Shown: positions 38,536-49,690, numbered from the stretch's first letter. The stretch: 64,000 nucleotides of DNA from an uncultured delta proteobacterium (GCA_963727625.1 CAVSHR010000004.1:1344001-1408000); one strand, 5' to 3'. Numbers and translations are program-made. Notes: generated from the letters alone by a model not told the origin.

Positions 38536-39644
38536 AAGCTCTGGTCGAGCGAATGCGCCAGGCGCCCGTCCCGCCCCGCCTGCACGGACGCAAATAGCGC
38601 GATCAGCCGCTGCGCCAGCCGATCGATCGAATGGAGCGACTGCACCCGGATGCGCAGGTATGCGCCCATGCGGTCGCGCTCGGCGGCGGGGAGCGCCAAC
38701 AGGCGGGCCAGGCGCTCGGCCAACTGGCGGTCGTCACCGAAATCGTAGGTCAGCTCGTTCTTGAATTTTCCCAGCGTGGCGCAGAATCCTTCATTGGCAA
38801 CCACGCACGGCCGGGCGCAGCTCATCGCCTCCCACGCAACCTTGTCGCCGAATCCAATGGGCGACATGTTGACGTGCACGGCGCAACGTCGATAGCGCTC
38901 GGGCAGCCGTTCGATCGGCACCGCCGGTTCGAAGGAGACGACAGCCTGCAATTGCGCCCGATCGATCTGTTCACGGAGCTCTTGGACATAGGCGCGATCC
39001 TGTGCCACCGCCGGTGCGCCGACGATGACCACTCGGAAAGCGCGCGCGGCGCCGCGGCGCAATCGCTCGGCGGCCCGAATCAGGGTCGGATGATCTTTCA
39101 CCGGCGAAAGCCTGCCGACGCAAAGAATGATCGGCGGTTGGCTCGGCTGCGCGTCCGGACCAGGCGAAAATAGCTGGGTATCGATGCCGTGGCCGATCGC
39201 CACGAGCTTGTCGTGTTTATAGGGATAGGCGGTGTCGACGCTGGCGACCGTTTTCGCCGATAAGCGATGCGCCGCCTTGAGCGCCCAGGACGCGTGGGGA
39301 TGGGCGTACCAGGTGACGATCGGAACTTTTTTTCGCCGCAGCAACGGCGCGCCGAGGACGGTGAACAGCGGCATCATGTGCGCGAAGCAGACGTCCGGCG
39401 GCGATTCGCGCAAGACCCGGCTCAGGATTCGGTAAAATTCCGCCGCCCGGCGCGGCTCGCCGTAGCCCATCTCCTTGCCGACGGAATCGACCCGCACGTT
39501 GCTTGGGAGTTGCAACCGGCCCGCCCTCATCGTGATGACCTGCACGGAATCGATCCGCTGTGCCAGGGCGCGAATCCAATGGGTGGTAAAACCGAGAATC
39601 GGATCGTCGATGTCGGTGGCGAGATTAAAAATGAGCAATCGCAT
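38532..39644 (-). CDS. Glycosyltransferase family 4
   Basis: GHGIDT, VGRLSPVK, DKVAWEAMSC. Confidence 0.9.
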   Translation of the reverse strand: MRLLIFNLATDIDDPILGFTTHWIRALAQRIDSVQVITMRAGRLQLPSNVRVDSVGKEMGYGEPRRAAEFYRILSRVLRESPPDVCFAHMMPLFTVLGAPLLRRKKVPIVTWYAHPHASWALKAAHRLSAKTVASVDTAYPYKHDKLVAIGHGIDTQLFSPGPDAQPSQPPIILCVGRLSPVKDHPTLIRAAERLRRGAARAFRVVIVGAPAVAQDRAYVQELREQIDRAQLQAVVSFEPAVPIERLPERYRRCAVHVNMSPIGFGDKVAWEAMSCARPCVVANEGFCATLGKFKNELTYDFGDDRQLAERLARLLALPAAERDRMGAYLRIRVQSLHSIDRLAQRLIALFASVQAGRDGRLAHSLDQSL

Positions 39645-40815
39645 GTTGCCTCGACGCGTTGTCGCTATGCGCGTGATGAATAATTTTTCGGTAACCGTTC
39701 AAATAGACTTCCGTGGAAAAAAACTCGTCGGCAAAGGCTTGCCCCGCCTGCCCCATGGCCCGCGCCGGGCGCGGGTTTTCGAGGATCCAGGCGAGCCGCT
39801 TCGCCAGCGCCTGCGGATCGTTGGGCGGAATCAAAAACCCGTTCACGCAGTTTTCGATCAGGTCTGGAATCCCGCCCACGGCCGTGCCGATCACGGGCGT
39901 CGCCGCCGCCATCGCTTCGATAAGGACGCGCCCGAGACCCTCCGACGCCGACGGCAGGACCACCGCCGCCGCACTCGACATGAGCGCGGCGAGCTCGACC
40001 TGAGCAACCGCCGGGCGAAATTCCACCCGGCCCTCAAGCCCGAGCAGAGAAACTTGCCGGCGCAGGGCATCGGCGTAGGTTTTATTCTGGCGGCGGCCGA
40101 CGATGAGCAATCGGCTCTCGGGAAATTCGCCGGCGATCACGGCAAAGCCATCGATCAATCGATCCACGCCTTTGAGCGGCGTCAAGACTCCGGCGTAAAG
40201 AATCCGCTGGCTATCCGGGTCTTGGGTCGCGCGCGCCGCCCGACGAAAAACGTTCATATCGGTCCAGGCAGGGAACTGCACCACCGGTTTTCCCGGCGCC
40301 CAGCGCCGGAGCTGGGCCTGCGTGGCGCTCGATATGGCGCGCAGGAGATCGGCATGACGCAGGGAGAAGCGCGCGCCGAGCGCCATCAGATCACGGTAAA
40401 AATTGGCAAAACGGATGCGCCGCTCGAGAAAAACGCTCCCGGCAAAATCGCCGTGCGCCTCCACGACCAGAAAAATCCGCCGGCCGAACCAGCCCGCGAT
40501 TTTTTTGATCACCGCCGGTGCGACCGCTTCATAGGGACTTTGCGCGACGATCAGCCGAACTTCATGGCGCAGGATGAGCCACAGCACAATCAACGCGCCC
40601 AGAATCCACATTTCCAGATAACGGACAAACCGCAGCGGTATTTCAGGCAGCAGATAAAAATGCGCCTGCTCGGAAAACCGCCGCGGCCGCGTCCCCTGCG
40701 CGAAGCCGACGACGAAGACCTCGCCGAGGCCGGCCAGCGCGGCAAATTTCTTGCGGTCCGTGGCATCGAGGGGTTGGCGATAGCGGGCGCCGCCGAAAAA
40801 GCAAACTCGGTTCAT
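39625..40815 (-). CDS. Glycosyltransferase family 4
   Basis: SEGLGRVLIEAMAA..VGGIPD. Confidence 0.92.
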   Translation of the reverse strand: MNRVCFFGGARYRQPLDATDRKKFAALAGLGEVFVVGFAQGTRPRRFSEQAHFYLLPEIPLRFVRYLEMWILGALIVLWLILRHEVRLIVAQSPYEAVAPAVIKKIAGWFGRRIFLVVEAHGDFAGSVFLERRIRFANFYRDLMALGARFSLRHADLLRAISSATQAQLRRWAPGKPVVQFPAWTDMNVFRRAARATQDPDSQRILYAGVLTPLKGVDRLIDGFAVIAGEFPESRLLIVGRRQNKTYADALRRQVSLLGLEGRVEFRPAVAQVELAALMSSAAAVVLPSASEGLGRVLIEAMAAATPVIGTAVGGIPDLIENCVNGFLIPPNDPQALAKRLAWILENPRPARAMGQAGQAFADEFFSTEVYLNGYRKIIHHAHSDNASRQHAIAHF

Positions 40816-40821
40816 CGCGGG

Positions 40822-41883
40822 TCACTCCTGTAAAAGTTGTAAATACGCCGGCATCAGCACCGACCACTCGAGATGGGCTTCGGCGTATCGCATGCCCGCC
40901 TGCCCCAACGTCGATCGTTTTCCCGGCGAGCGCGCCAGCTCCACCAGGGCATCCGAGAACTCTTCGAGCGATCTGCACAGAACCCCGGAACCGGACTCCT
41001 GCAAAATCAAGCCTTCATCGAGCTCCGTCGAAACCACCGGCACGCCGCAAGCCATAAACTGGGCGATCTTGACGCTGAACCGGCCCGGCGGAGGCGACCA
41101 TGTGCGCGGGTAAACGCCGATGTCCAAATCCGCTAAATAAGTGAGCATGTCCGCCAGCGCGACATAGCCGAACAATTTGACCCAGCCGCTTCGCCCCGCG
41201 AGCACATGCGCCTTGAGGGATTCGCTCGCGTTGCCGAACAGCCAGAGGGTGAGCCTGGGCTCGGACAAGCGCGCGCGTTCGACGGCCTGGAAAAGAAAAT
41301 CGAGATCGTCCTGATCTCCCCGTGCCCTTTGCGCACCGTCGGCGCTCAGGGTTAGCGATGGGGCGTGAAAGCCGATGACGATCTCGTCGGCGCCTTTGAA
41401 TCGGGCGCGGATTTCACGGCGCTTGCCGGCATCGATCTGTCCCGCAGCGACTCCCTGTGGGATCACATGGATCGGCGCCCTCACTCCTCGCTCTTGGAAA
41501 ATCGCCTTGGCGCGATGGGTGGTCACGACCAGCGCTTTGACCTGGGGTAGGTTCAACGCCGCAACTTCCGCTTCGCTGAACAGCGGATCATCGAGATCGA
41601 CGACCACGCTGCGGTGTCTTGGCCAGGCGCGAATCTGTTCAGTGGTCACCGTGTAAAGGGTTTCATAGCGGCGCGCCAGATATTGGATCGACGCGGGATA
41701 AATCAGCACGCCGCTCAAGCGGTGCCAGATACGATACTGCACGGCGCGGATCCACCGGTGCTCGCTCAGACGAAATTTGCAAAAGCGCACCACCGAGCGG
41801 AGGCGAGGAAACAGCGCCGCGTAGCGCGGATTGTTGTGCTGCGGAAACCACAGGGTCAGGCAGACGGCCTTAGGCGCGGTCAC
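40822..41883 (-). CDS. GT-B glycosyltransferase
   Basis: DLDD, VIPQGV, SVKIAQFMACGVPVV; GTG start coupled to the flippase stop. Confidence 0.8.
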   Translation of the reverse strand: MTAPKAVCLTLWFPQHNNPRYAALFPRLRSVVRFCKFRLSEHRWIRAVQYRIWHRLSGVLIYPASIQYLARRYETLYTVTTEQIRAWPRHRSVVVDLDDPLFSEAEVAALNLPQVKALVVTTHRAKAIFQERGVRAPIHVIPQGVAAGQIDAGKRREIRARFKGADEIVIGFHAPSLTLSADGAQRARGDQDDLDFLFQAVERARLSEPRLTLWLFGNASESLKAHVLAGRSGWVKLFGYVALADMLTYLADLDIGVYPRTWSPPPGRFSVKIAQFMACGVPVVSTELDEGLILQESGSGVLCRSLEEFSDALVELARSPGKRSTLGQAGMRYAEAHLEWSVLMPAYLQLLQE

Positions 41884-43295
41884 TCGGCGGCCTCCTTTCG
41901 ATCGGCGAGCCTGGAAAACATCAGCAGCATGGCGAGGATAAATCCGGCTTTGCCCACGGCGGCGAGCAGCGCCATGCCGGAAAACCCCCAGGCACGGACG
42001 ATGAACCAGGCCAGTCCGATCACCACGCCGGTTTGCAGCGCGTAACCGAGCGTCCAGAGGTTCAAGTGGGCCGAGGCGTAGTAAGCCGAATTCAACCAGA
42101 AGAAGATTGCGCTGACCGCCGCGCCCGCCATCATCAGCTGCACGCCGTGGACCATCGGCGCGTAGCGCGCGCCAAAGACCAGCGGAATCACGATCGGATA
42201 GAGCGGCAGGGACAGCAGCAGCAGGCCGCAAACCGGCAAACCGGCTTGAACGGTCCAGCCTTTCAACACGCCGCGCATGCGCTTGCCGCCGTCCAAGCTC
42301 CAGCGCGCCGAGAGCGAAGGATAGACCACTTTGCCCATGGAAGTTTCAAGATACGAACCGACGGTCACGATGCTGGCAGCCAGACGAAAAAAACCCGCGG
42401 CTTCCGGCCCGCGAAAATGGCCCAGCATCATCAAGGGCAGCTGACTCATCAAACCGCCGCCGGTGACGATCAGGTAATTCCAGCCAAACAGTCCGCTGAT
42501 TTCCTTGCGCAACGGACGGACCGCCGCCACCGAGCCGCTCCACCAAGCAGGCAAGTTTTCACGGCGCAATACATGATTCGCAATACCGGCGGCGAAGAGC
42601 GCGATCAGAACATTGCCGAGGGCGGCACCCAGTACGGCGCCGGCCACACCGTAACCGGCGAGCAACAAACCGATCACCAAAAGCGAGCCGATCAATTGAT
42701 CGAGCACTTGCAGCAGCGCGACCCAGTGGAATCGTTCGAACGACGTCAATACCGCCTGACTGGTCCCGCAGAGCGACCAGATCGGAAACGAAGACGCGAA
42801 CGCGATCATCAGCCAGGCGATATCCGCACGATTGAAAAATTGCTCCGCCACCCACCGGGCGGTGGCCGCAACCAAGAGTGCGGCGCCAAGCGAGACCAGG
42901 AAATCCAACGCGTAGCCCAACTTGCAGACGCCGGCGAGCATGGCCTCGCGCCGGTCGGAACGAAAGCGCGCTATGTATCGGGTCGTCACCAAACCGGATT
43001 TCACCGCCACCAGCGAGCCGAGCAGCATCGGATATGACATCACCACCGCTGTGAGGCCAAAATCTTTGGGCCCCAGCAAACGCGCGCTAACGATACTCGT
43101 CGCCAGGCCGATGGCGGCGGCGACATACTGCGACCCGGCAAGCAGCACCGCGCCTTCGGTCAAGGGATGGCGCGCCGTACGTCTGACCGCGGCGATCATG
43201 CCGTGGGTCAGCGTTTCGCGGCCCGCGACGCCGCTCAGCAGCGGCTCAGCCGCCTTGCCGGCTAAAGAATTTTTGAGCGATTGGAACCAAGGCAT
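41880..43295 (-). CDS. Wzx-like polysaccharide flippase
   Basis: ARLLGPKDFG, multiple TM segments, GPEAAGFF. Confidence 0.87.
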   Translation of the reverse strand: MPWFQSLKNSLAGKAAEPLLSGVAGRETLTHGMIAAVRRTARHPLTEGAVLLAGSQYVAAAIGLATSIVSARLLGPKDFGLTAVVMSYPMLLGSLVAVKSGLVTTRYIARFRSDRREAMLAGVCKLGYALDFLVSLGAALLVAATARWVAEQFFNRADIAWLMIAFASSFPIWSLCGTSQAVLTSFERFHWVALLQVLDQLIGSLLVIGLLLAGYGVAGAVLGAALGNVLIALFAAGIANHVLRRENLPAWWSGSVAAVRPLRKEISGLFGWNYLIVTGGGLMSQLPLMMLGHFRGPEAAGFFRLAASIVTVGSYLETSMGKVVYPSLSARWSLDGGKRMRGVLKGWTVQAGLPVCGLLLLSLPLYPIVIPLVFGARYAPMVHGVQLMMAGAAVSAIFFWLNSAYYASAHLNLWTLGYALQTGVVIGLAWFIVRAWGFSGMALLAAVGKAGFILAMLLMFSRLADRKEAAE

Positions 43296-43393
43296 GTTGG
43301 CGTTTTCATGGGCGCGCCGGAGATCGTCGAGCCGGACTCGGCGCGTTTAGTCCACGGTTGATGAAAAAATATCTCCCCGGGCGCTGACGGCGC

Positions 43394-44242
43394 TTACTCC
43401 CGTATGCAGTAAAGATTGACGTACTTGGCGGCTTCGATCCGCGAATCCACCGGTTTGAGGCCGCGGTTGGCTTCGTCGATCATGAAGATCGCGAAATCGA
43501 GCCGGCGCAGCGCCGCCAGCAGCGATTGCGGCGATTCGCCGGCGAATTGCAGCGAGGTCGGATTGCACTCGACGAATAATTTTACCCTGCTGCCGGAATG
43601 CGCCAGAGTTTGGCTCAGCCCCCGTAGAGCCTGAATTTCGCCGCCCTCGATGTCGATCTTGACGACGTCGACCTTGAGTCCCCGATCGAGGAAATCGTCG
43701 GCGACGATGGTCTCGACCATGGTCGCATGGCCGCCGCCGGTGGCAATCAGGCTGCTCCGGCTCTGATCGCCGCCGTGGAGAAAAAACGGTTGCATACCGG
43801 CCTCGTCCGAGACCGCCTTGGGCAGGCAAATCACGCGCGCGCCTAGTCGATTCAAGCGCAGGTTCTCACTTAGCAGCTCATAATTGCGCGGATCGGGCTC
43901 GAACGCATAGACTCGTCCATGGGCGCCGACTCGGCGCGCCGCCAACAGGGTGTACCAACCGACGAAGGCGCCGATATCGAGCACCACCATCCCGGGGTGA
44001 ATCACATTGGCAAACAGGCGCGCCATCAGGGCCTCAATCTCTCCCCTGCGCAGCGCCCGGAGATAATGGCGGTGTTCCAATGACGCGCTGATATCGAATC
44101 CGTCGACCCGCACCGAAAGCCGGTTTCCCAAGAGCGGCATCAAAAGATTTTTTCCTGCGGGCGGCAACTGCGCCAGCCCGAGGCGCCGGCACAGGCCGCC
44201 CAATCGATCCAGCTTTTCGAGCACAGTCATTTGATCGATCAT
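43394..44242 (-). CDS. FkbM-family methyltransferase
   Basis: LDIGAFVG, AFEPDP, VKIDIEGGE. Confidence 0.9.
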   Translation of the reverse strand: MIDQMTVLEKLDRLGGLCRRLGLAQLPPAGKNLLMPLLGNRLSVRVDGFDISASLEHRHYLRALRRGEIEALMARLFANVIHPGMVVLDIGAFVGWYTLLAARRVGAHGRVYAFEPDPRNYELLSENLRLNRLGARVICLPKAVSDEAGMQPFFLHGGDQSRSSLIATGGGHATMVETIVADDFLDRGLKVDVVKIDIEGGEIQALRGLSQTLAHSGSRVKLFVECNPTSLQFAGESPQSLLAALRRLDFAIFMIDEANRGLKPVDSRIEAAKYVNLYCIRE

Positions 44243-44275
44243 TGGAATCCCCTTTCCTCGCCACCCGGCCGCAGG

Positions 44276-45481
44276 TCAGCCGTCGTGCGCCTCGACCGCG
44301 CCGAGGCTTCGCCTCTCGCGCCGCTGTTCGCGCCTTGCGGTTGCTTGAAGCAGAGCCGCCGTCTGTTCGATCATCCGGGCGGAATTGAATTGCGCCGCAG
44401 TGCGCCGGGCTTCCTCGGCCAAGCGTTTTCGCAAGTCCGGCGTCGATAAGAGCTCCGATAAAACTTCGCATAGCGCGCCGTTGATCTCCGGGGCGATGAG
44501 CCGGCCGTTCTCGCCATCGCGCACCACTTCGGGCGTGCCGCCCACTGCCGTGGCCGCCACCGGCAGACCCAGGCTCATCGCCTCGAGCACCACATGGGGC
44601 AATCCTTCGGTGGTCGAATTGAGCACGAAAAGATCGCAAGCAGCCATCAAAGCCAGCGCTTCCTCCCTGCTTCTTTGCCCGGCGAAATAAACTCGCTCGG
44701 CCAGCCCGCGCTGCCGCGTCAACGCTTCCAGCCCCCGCCGTTCCGAACCGTCGCCGACGATCACCAGTCCGACGTTATCCAGCGCGGCCACGGCCTGGAC
44801 GATGCGGTCGACCTGCTTGATGGGGATCAGCCGGCCGACGGTGACGATCTTGAGCGCGGCGGCCAGCGGGATTTTTGCCGGCGCCACGGCCGGGCAATCG
44901 ACGCCATTGAATATCGGCGCGATTTTTTCCGCGGCTACGCCCCAGGCCGCGACAGTGCGCGCCAGATATCGGCTCGGCGTGATCAGCGCATCGGCACGGC
45001 GCGCGCAAAAATTCCTCAGGGCTTTAAAGGTCTGCACTCGCCAGCCGGACCATTCGTTTTGAAATGTCTCGAAGCTCGAGGCTACCCAGCCCTGTTGCAG
45101 CGAATGCTCCCACGCCCAATCACCGACCCATTTCTGCACCAGCGGTTTACGCAACAGAAGATTGGCCAGCGCCGCTTCCATATAGAGTCCCTGGACAAAC
45201 AGTAGATCGGCGTCTTGGGCGCCGCGCACGAGCGCGGCCACGGTGCGGAAAAATCGCCAGGGCTTGAACAAACCGCGGCGAATGCGCGTCACGGCAAAGG
45301 GAAAACGAGCAGTGGCGCCGGCGGATTCACTCAGGGTCAGCACCGCGACCCGATGGCCCCGTTCGGCCAGCGCCGTCGCTATCTTCGGCACGTAGGTGGC
45401 TGGGCCGCCGATATCGGGAGGAAAGATGCCGGTGACGAATTGGATATTGAGCCGGTCCGAAGCCGCGTGCCGCGCCATCAC
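44276..45481 (-). CDS. Glycosyltransferase family 4
   Basis: FPPDIGGPATY, EGLPHVVLEAM. Confidence 0.92.
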   Translation of the reverse strand: MMARHAASDRLNIQFVTGIFPPDIGGPATYVPKIATALAERGHRVAVLTLSESAGATARFPFAVTRIRRGLFKPWRFFRTVAALVRGAQDADLLFVQGLYMEAALANLLLRKPLVQKWVGDWAWEHSLQQGWVASSFETFQNEWSGWRVQTFKALRNFCARRADALITPSRYLARTVAAWGVAAEKIAPIFNGVDCPAVAPAKIPLAAALKIVTVGRLIPIKQVDRIVQAVAALDNVGLVIVGDGSERRGLEALTRQRGLAERVYFAGQRSREEALALMAACDLFVLNSTTEGLPHVVLEAMSLGLPVAATAVGGTPEVVRDGENGRLIAPEINGALCEVLSELLSTPDLRKRLAEEARRTAAQFNSARMIEQTAALLQATARREQRRERRSLGAVEAHDG

Positions 45482-46779
45482 AGGCTCCAGTACAGGACGC
45501 CGTTTTTGTCGCCGGCATCGCGATAGGCGCCCTTGATATCGATGAACACGGCCGGCTTGCCGCCGTTGCGCAACAGTCCAGTATAGGCTTCCGGCGGCAT
45601 ATCGAGAAACATGCGGTGCGGCACCGCCAGCACCACCGCGTCGAATTTCTCTTTCGCCGCAAAGGGATTTTTGCGCGGCCGCATGTCGAGTTTTTGGATC
45701 GCGTCGGCGCCGACATGGGGATCGTAAACCGCCACTTCGACGCCGTGGTTCTCCAGCTCTTGAACCACTTCGACCACCCGGGTATTGCGCAAATCGCTGA
45801 CGTCTTCCTTGAATGTCGCGCCAAGGATCAACGCCGAGGCGCCGCGCACGACGCGCCTGGCGCGAATCAACAGCTTGACCGTTTCCTGAGCCACGTAGTG
45901 CCCCATGTAGTCATTGATTCTTCTTCCAGCAAGAATCACGTCCGGATGGTGGTCGAGTTCCTGGGCTTTGAACGTGAGATAGTAGGGGTCCACCGGAATG
46001 CAGTGGCCGCCGACCAGGCCCGGCTCATAGCAGAGAAAATTCCATTTGCTGCGCGCCGCCTTGAGCACCTCCTGGGTGTCCAGGCCCATGCGGTGAAACA
46101 GCACCGCCAGCTCGTTCATCAGGGCGATGTTCAAATCCCGTTGCACGTTTTCAATCACCTTGGCGGCTTCGGCGGTGCGAATGGTCGGCGCCCGGTAAAC
46201 TCCCGCGTCGACCACCAGGCCATAGATTGCGGCGAGTTTTTCCGTCGTCTCATCGTCCTGTCCGGCAACAATCTTGGTGACTGTGTGCAGCGCGTGTTCA
46301 TGATCTCCAGGGTTGATCCGTTCCGGGGAGTAACCGACTTTGAATTCGCGGCCGGCCTTCAGGCCGGACTCGGCTTCGAGCACCGGCACGCAGACCTCCT
46401 CGGTGCAGCCGGGATACACCGTGGATTCATAGACGACGATCGCGCCGCGAGTGAGATTTTGTGCCACCAGCCGGCTGGCGTCGACGAGATGCGACAAGTC
46501 CGGCCGCTTCGCCTTGTCCACCGGCGTCGGCACGGCGATCACAATCACCGAGGCCCGTTGCAGAAGCGCCGGGTCGCTGGTGAACTCCAGGAGCGGCCCG
46601 CGCAGGTCCGCTTTGCTCAGCTCGCCGTTGCGATCGTTGCCTTCGAGCAGCTCCCGAACCCGCTGCTCGTCGACGTCGAAGCCGACCGTCGGAACGACTT
46701 TGCCAAATGCCGAAGCCAGCGGCAGCCCCACATAACCCAATCCGACGACGGCGACACAGCGGGGCAAATTTGTTTTCAT
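45478..46779 (-). CDS. UDP-N-acetylhexosamine dehydrogenase (WbpO/TviB-like)
   Basis: GLGYVGLP, ESTVYPG, YSPERINPG, GGHCIPVDPYYL. Confidence 0.92.
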   Translation of the reverse strand: MKTNLPRCVAVVGLGYVGLPLASAFGKVVPTVGFDVDEQRVRELLEGNDRNGELSKADLRGPLLEFTSDPALLQRASVIVIAVPTPVDKAKRPDLSHLVDASRLVAQNLTRGAIVVYESTVYPGCTEEVCVPVLEAESGLKAGREFKVGYSPERINPGDHEHALHTVTKIVAGQDDETTEKLAAIYGLVVDAGVYRAPTIRTAEAAKVIENVQRDLNIALMNELAVLFHRMGLDTQEVLKAARSKWNFLCYEPGLVGGHCIPVDPYYLTFKAQELDHHPDVILAGRRINDYMGHYVAQETVKLLIRARRVVRGASALILGATFKEDVSDLRNTRVVEVVQELENHGVEVAVYDPHVGADAIQKLDMRPRKNPFAAKEKFDAVVLAVPHRMFLDMPPEAYTGLLRNGGKPAVFIDIKGAYRDAGDKNGVLYWSL

Positions 46780-48590
46780 GATTTTCTGACTCCCTCCTCG
46801 ATGAATTCGAATTGCAGCGACTTGACCCAGAGCCCGAGCGGTTCGCACAGCGCGCGGATCTGCTGTGCCTGCCCCCCGGCGAGAAGATCCGGTGCGGCAA
46901 TGATGCAGCCGCAAATCTGATTGCGCTCGAGGATTTGCGGCAGCTTTTCCGCGCCGCCGAAGATCCGCAGACCGGCGACGCTACGGCCTTCCTTGATGGG
47001 ATCGTCGTCGAGAAAGCCGATCGGGCAGTAAGCGATCTTAGGATTGTGCCGGCACTCGCGCACCACGGCCTCGCCGCGATCACCCGCGCCGTAGACAAGA
47101 ATAGGGATGCGCTGTCGCCGCGGCCGGTCTATGAGCAGACCGAACAGCCGGAAGGAAAGGCGGCTGCCGGCCATGCCGACAAAGAGCAACAGGGCGTAGA
47201 GAATGAACACCACCCGCGAGTAGCCGGCGAAGCCGTACAAGTGGGTCAACGCGACCACCGCCAACCCGGCGGCGCAAAGCACGGCAGCGGCGATGCGCAC
47301 GAGGTCATCGAGGCCGGTGTAGCGCCACAGCCCGCGATAAACGCCCATCATCTGGAAGCCGGCGTAGGCGGCGATCATCACGATGGGTAGCGAGGCGAGA
47401 TAGAGATTTATCAGGGAAGGACTCAGGCGAAATTCAAACCGCAAGGCATAAGCCAGGTAGTAGGCAAAGGCGATCAGGAAAAAATCCAGCGTCACTTCCA
47501 TGAGCCGCCGTTTGTAAGCGAGCGCGGCTAGGAAAGCGGCCAGCTTCTTTGCTGCGGCGTGCCGCGCGCCGCCTGGAAGCGCCACCAGTTCGACCTGCGC
47601 CAGATAGGCCGTGAAAAGAGTGAAAATCAGAACGACCAGCGGAAAGACCGCCAAGCCCAAGGCGTAGGACAGCTGCTTGATGACCACCGCCGTGGCGCCG
47701 GACACCGCGGCCATGAAATAGAGCAGCAGCACCGCCTGGGACTCGCTCAAGCCGAGAAACACCAGGCGATGGGACGCATGATCCTTGCCGCCCTGGGAAA
47801 TCGGCTGGCCGCGCAACAATCGCGTCATCGTCACCAGCGTCGTGTCGAGGATCGGCACCAGCAGGATGCACGCCGGCACGGCGATCAAGGACAAGATGTT
47901 GGAAGCCTGGCCGTTGGCATGAATCGTCAGAAGGCTCAGCGACATCCCCAAGAACAAGCTGCCCCCATCGCCCATGAAGATCGACGCCGGATTGAAATTG
48001 AACAGGAGAAATCCGGCCACACCGCCGGCGAGCGCAAGGGCGGCGATGAAATAATCCTGCTCCCCCTGGACGTGGAACAGATACGCCAGATAAGCCGCCG
48101 CAATCAGACCGATGCCGGCGGCGAGACCGTCCATGTTGTCGAGCAGGTTGAAAGCATTGGTCAATCCGATGATCCAAAACGCGGTTAGCAAAAGGTCCGG
48201 CGGTCCCCAGGAGAAAAAGCGCAACTGAAAACCGAAGAACAGCGCTGCGGCGGCCGCGGCGATCTGCCCCGACAGTTTCGCCGCCGGCGTCAACTGCCGG
48301 AAATCATCGTAGACACCCAGGCAAAACGCCGCCGTCACGATCAGGAGATAGGGCGCCAGGGACCCGGGATGGGACGCAAAGCAGACGGTCAACAACAGGA
48401 TCGGAAAAAAGAACGCGATGCCGCCGCTGGTCGGCGTGGCGCTCTTGTGCCAGCGCGCGGCGTTCGGCACGGCAATGCAATTCCAGCGCGCGGCGAGGCG
48501 ACCGCAAATCGGCACGCTCAACGCGGTCAGCGCGAAAGCGCCGGCCGGAACGACCAACGAGGCTGCCTCTTGCCACTGGGTAATCATCAT
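46776..48590 (-). CDS. WecA/MraY-like phosphoglycosyltransferase fused to a CapD-like N-terminal membrane and Rossmann region
   Basis: GVYDD, NAFNLLDNMDGLA, FMGDGG, DHASHRL; then YRGLWRYTG, LVYGAG, GFLDDD. Confidence 0.85.
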   Translation of the reverse strand: MMITQWQEAASLVVPAGAFALTALSVPICGRLAARWNCIAVPNAARWHKSATPTSGGIAFFFPILLLTVCFASHPGSLAPYLLIVTAAFCLGVYDDFRQLTPAAKLSGQIAAAAAALFFGFQLRFFSWGPPDLLLTAFWIIGLTNAFNLLDNMDGLAAGIGLIAAAYLAYLFHVQGEQDYFIAALALAGGVAGFLLFNFNPASIFMGDGGSLFLGMSLSLLTIHANGQASNILSLIAVPACILLVPILDTTLVTMTRLLRGQPISQGGKDHASHRLVFLGLSESQAVLLLYFMAAVSGATAVVIKQLSYALGLAVFPLVVLIFTLFTAYLAQVELVALPGGARHAAAKKLAAFLAALAYKRRLMEVTLDFFLIAFAYYLAYALRFEFRLSPSLINLYLASLPIVMIAAYAGFQMMGVYRGLWRYTGLDDLVRIAAAVLCAAGLAVVALTHLYGFAGYSRVVFILYALLLFVGMAGSRLSFRLFGLLIDRPRRQRIPILVYGAGDRGEAVVRECRHNPKIAYCPIGFLDDDPIKEGRSVAGLRIFGGAEKLPQILERNQICGCIIAAPDLLAGGQAQQIRALCEPLGLWVKSLQFEFIEEGVRKS

Positions 48591-48617
48591 GGACTTCGCG
48601 GTGCCGGCGCTTGCCCG

Positions 48618-49631
48618 CTAGACGGCATGTTCCATCACGAGCTGCGGCCCCGAGGTCAAGCTTGCGGCGGCCTCCGCCCGGTAATAATCAATGACACTGG
48701 CGACGATATCCTCGATGCTTCGCACCGGGCGAAAAGCGACCAGTTTCTTGATCTTTCTGATGTCGGGCACCCGCCTGGGCATATCCTCAAAACCTTCTTC
48801 ATAGGCCTGGTCGTAGGGAATGAAGCGAATCGGCGACGCGCTGCGCGCAACCGAACGCACTAATTCAGCGAGTCGCAGTATGGTAATTTCGCTCTCGCTG
48901 CCGACGTTGAAGATTTCGCCGATCGCGCCGCGGTGAAGCGTCAGCCGGGCGAGCGCCTCGACGGCGTCCTCGACGTGGCAGAAACAACGCGATTGCGCGC
49001 CGTCGCCGTAAACCGTCAAGGGCAGACCCGCCAGGGCCTGGCGCACAAAGGTCGGCAGCACCATTCCGTAGCGCCCGGTTTGGCGCGGTCCGACGGTGTT
49101 GAACAGGCGCACGATCACCACCGGGAGTTTTCTTTCTTTGCGATAAGCGAGCGCGAGAAATTCGTCGATCGCCTTGGAACAGGCATAGCTCCAGCGCCCC
49201 TTGGAGGTCGGACCCATCACCAGATCGTCGGTTTCGGAAAAGGGAATCTTGCTGGCTTTGCCGTAGACCTCGGAGGTGCTGGCGATCAAGACCCGTTTTT
49301 GCTTCTTGCTGGCGAATTCCAGCACTCCTTCGGTGCCTTTGACGTTGGTCTCGATGGTGCGCACCGGGCTCTCGACGATCAGCCGCACGCCCACCGAGGC
49401 GGCCAGGTGAACGATCGAATCGCACTCATCGATGAGCTCGGCGAGCAAGGGACGATTGAAAATCGTGTCGACGACGTACTCGAATCGCGGCTCGGCTTTG
49501 AAATGCTCGATGTTATGCATCGAGCCGGTGCACAGATCGTCGAGAACGGTGACATGATGGCCGTCTGCGAGCAGCCGCTCGGATAGATGGGAGCCGATGA
49601 AACCCGCCCCGCCAGTGATCAAATAACGCAT
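48618..49631 (-). CDS. NAD-dependent nucleotide-sugar epimerase/dehydratase
   Basis: LITGGAGFIGSHL, STSEVYG, YACSK, RLFNTVGPRQ. Confidence 0.93.
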   Translation of the reverse strand: MRYLITGGAGFIGSHLSERLLADGHHVTVLDDLCTGSMHNIEHFKAEPRFEYVVDTIFNRPLLAELIDECDSIVHLAASVGVRLIVESPVRTIETNVKGTEGVLEFASKKQKRVLIASTSEVYGKASKIPFSETDDLVMGPTSKGRWSYACSKAIDEFLALAYRKERKLPVVIVRLFNTVGPRQTGRYGMVLPTFVRQALAGLPLTVYGDGAQSRCFCHVEDAVEALARLTLHRGAIGEIFNVGSESEITILRLAELVRSVARSASPIRFIPYDQAYEEGFEDMPRRVPDIRKIKKLVAFRPVRSIEDIVASVIDYYRAEAAASLTSGPQLVMEHAV

Positions 49632-49690
49632 AGAAACCGTTCCTCCGTGGCCAAAAATATTTTCTTCTTTCTGCATCCAGGGAATGCGAC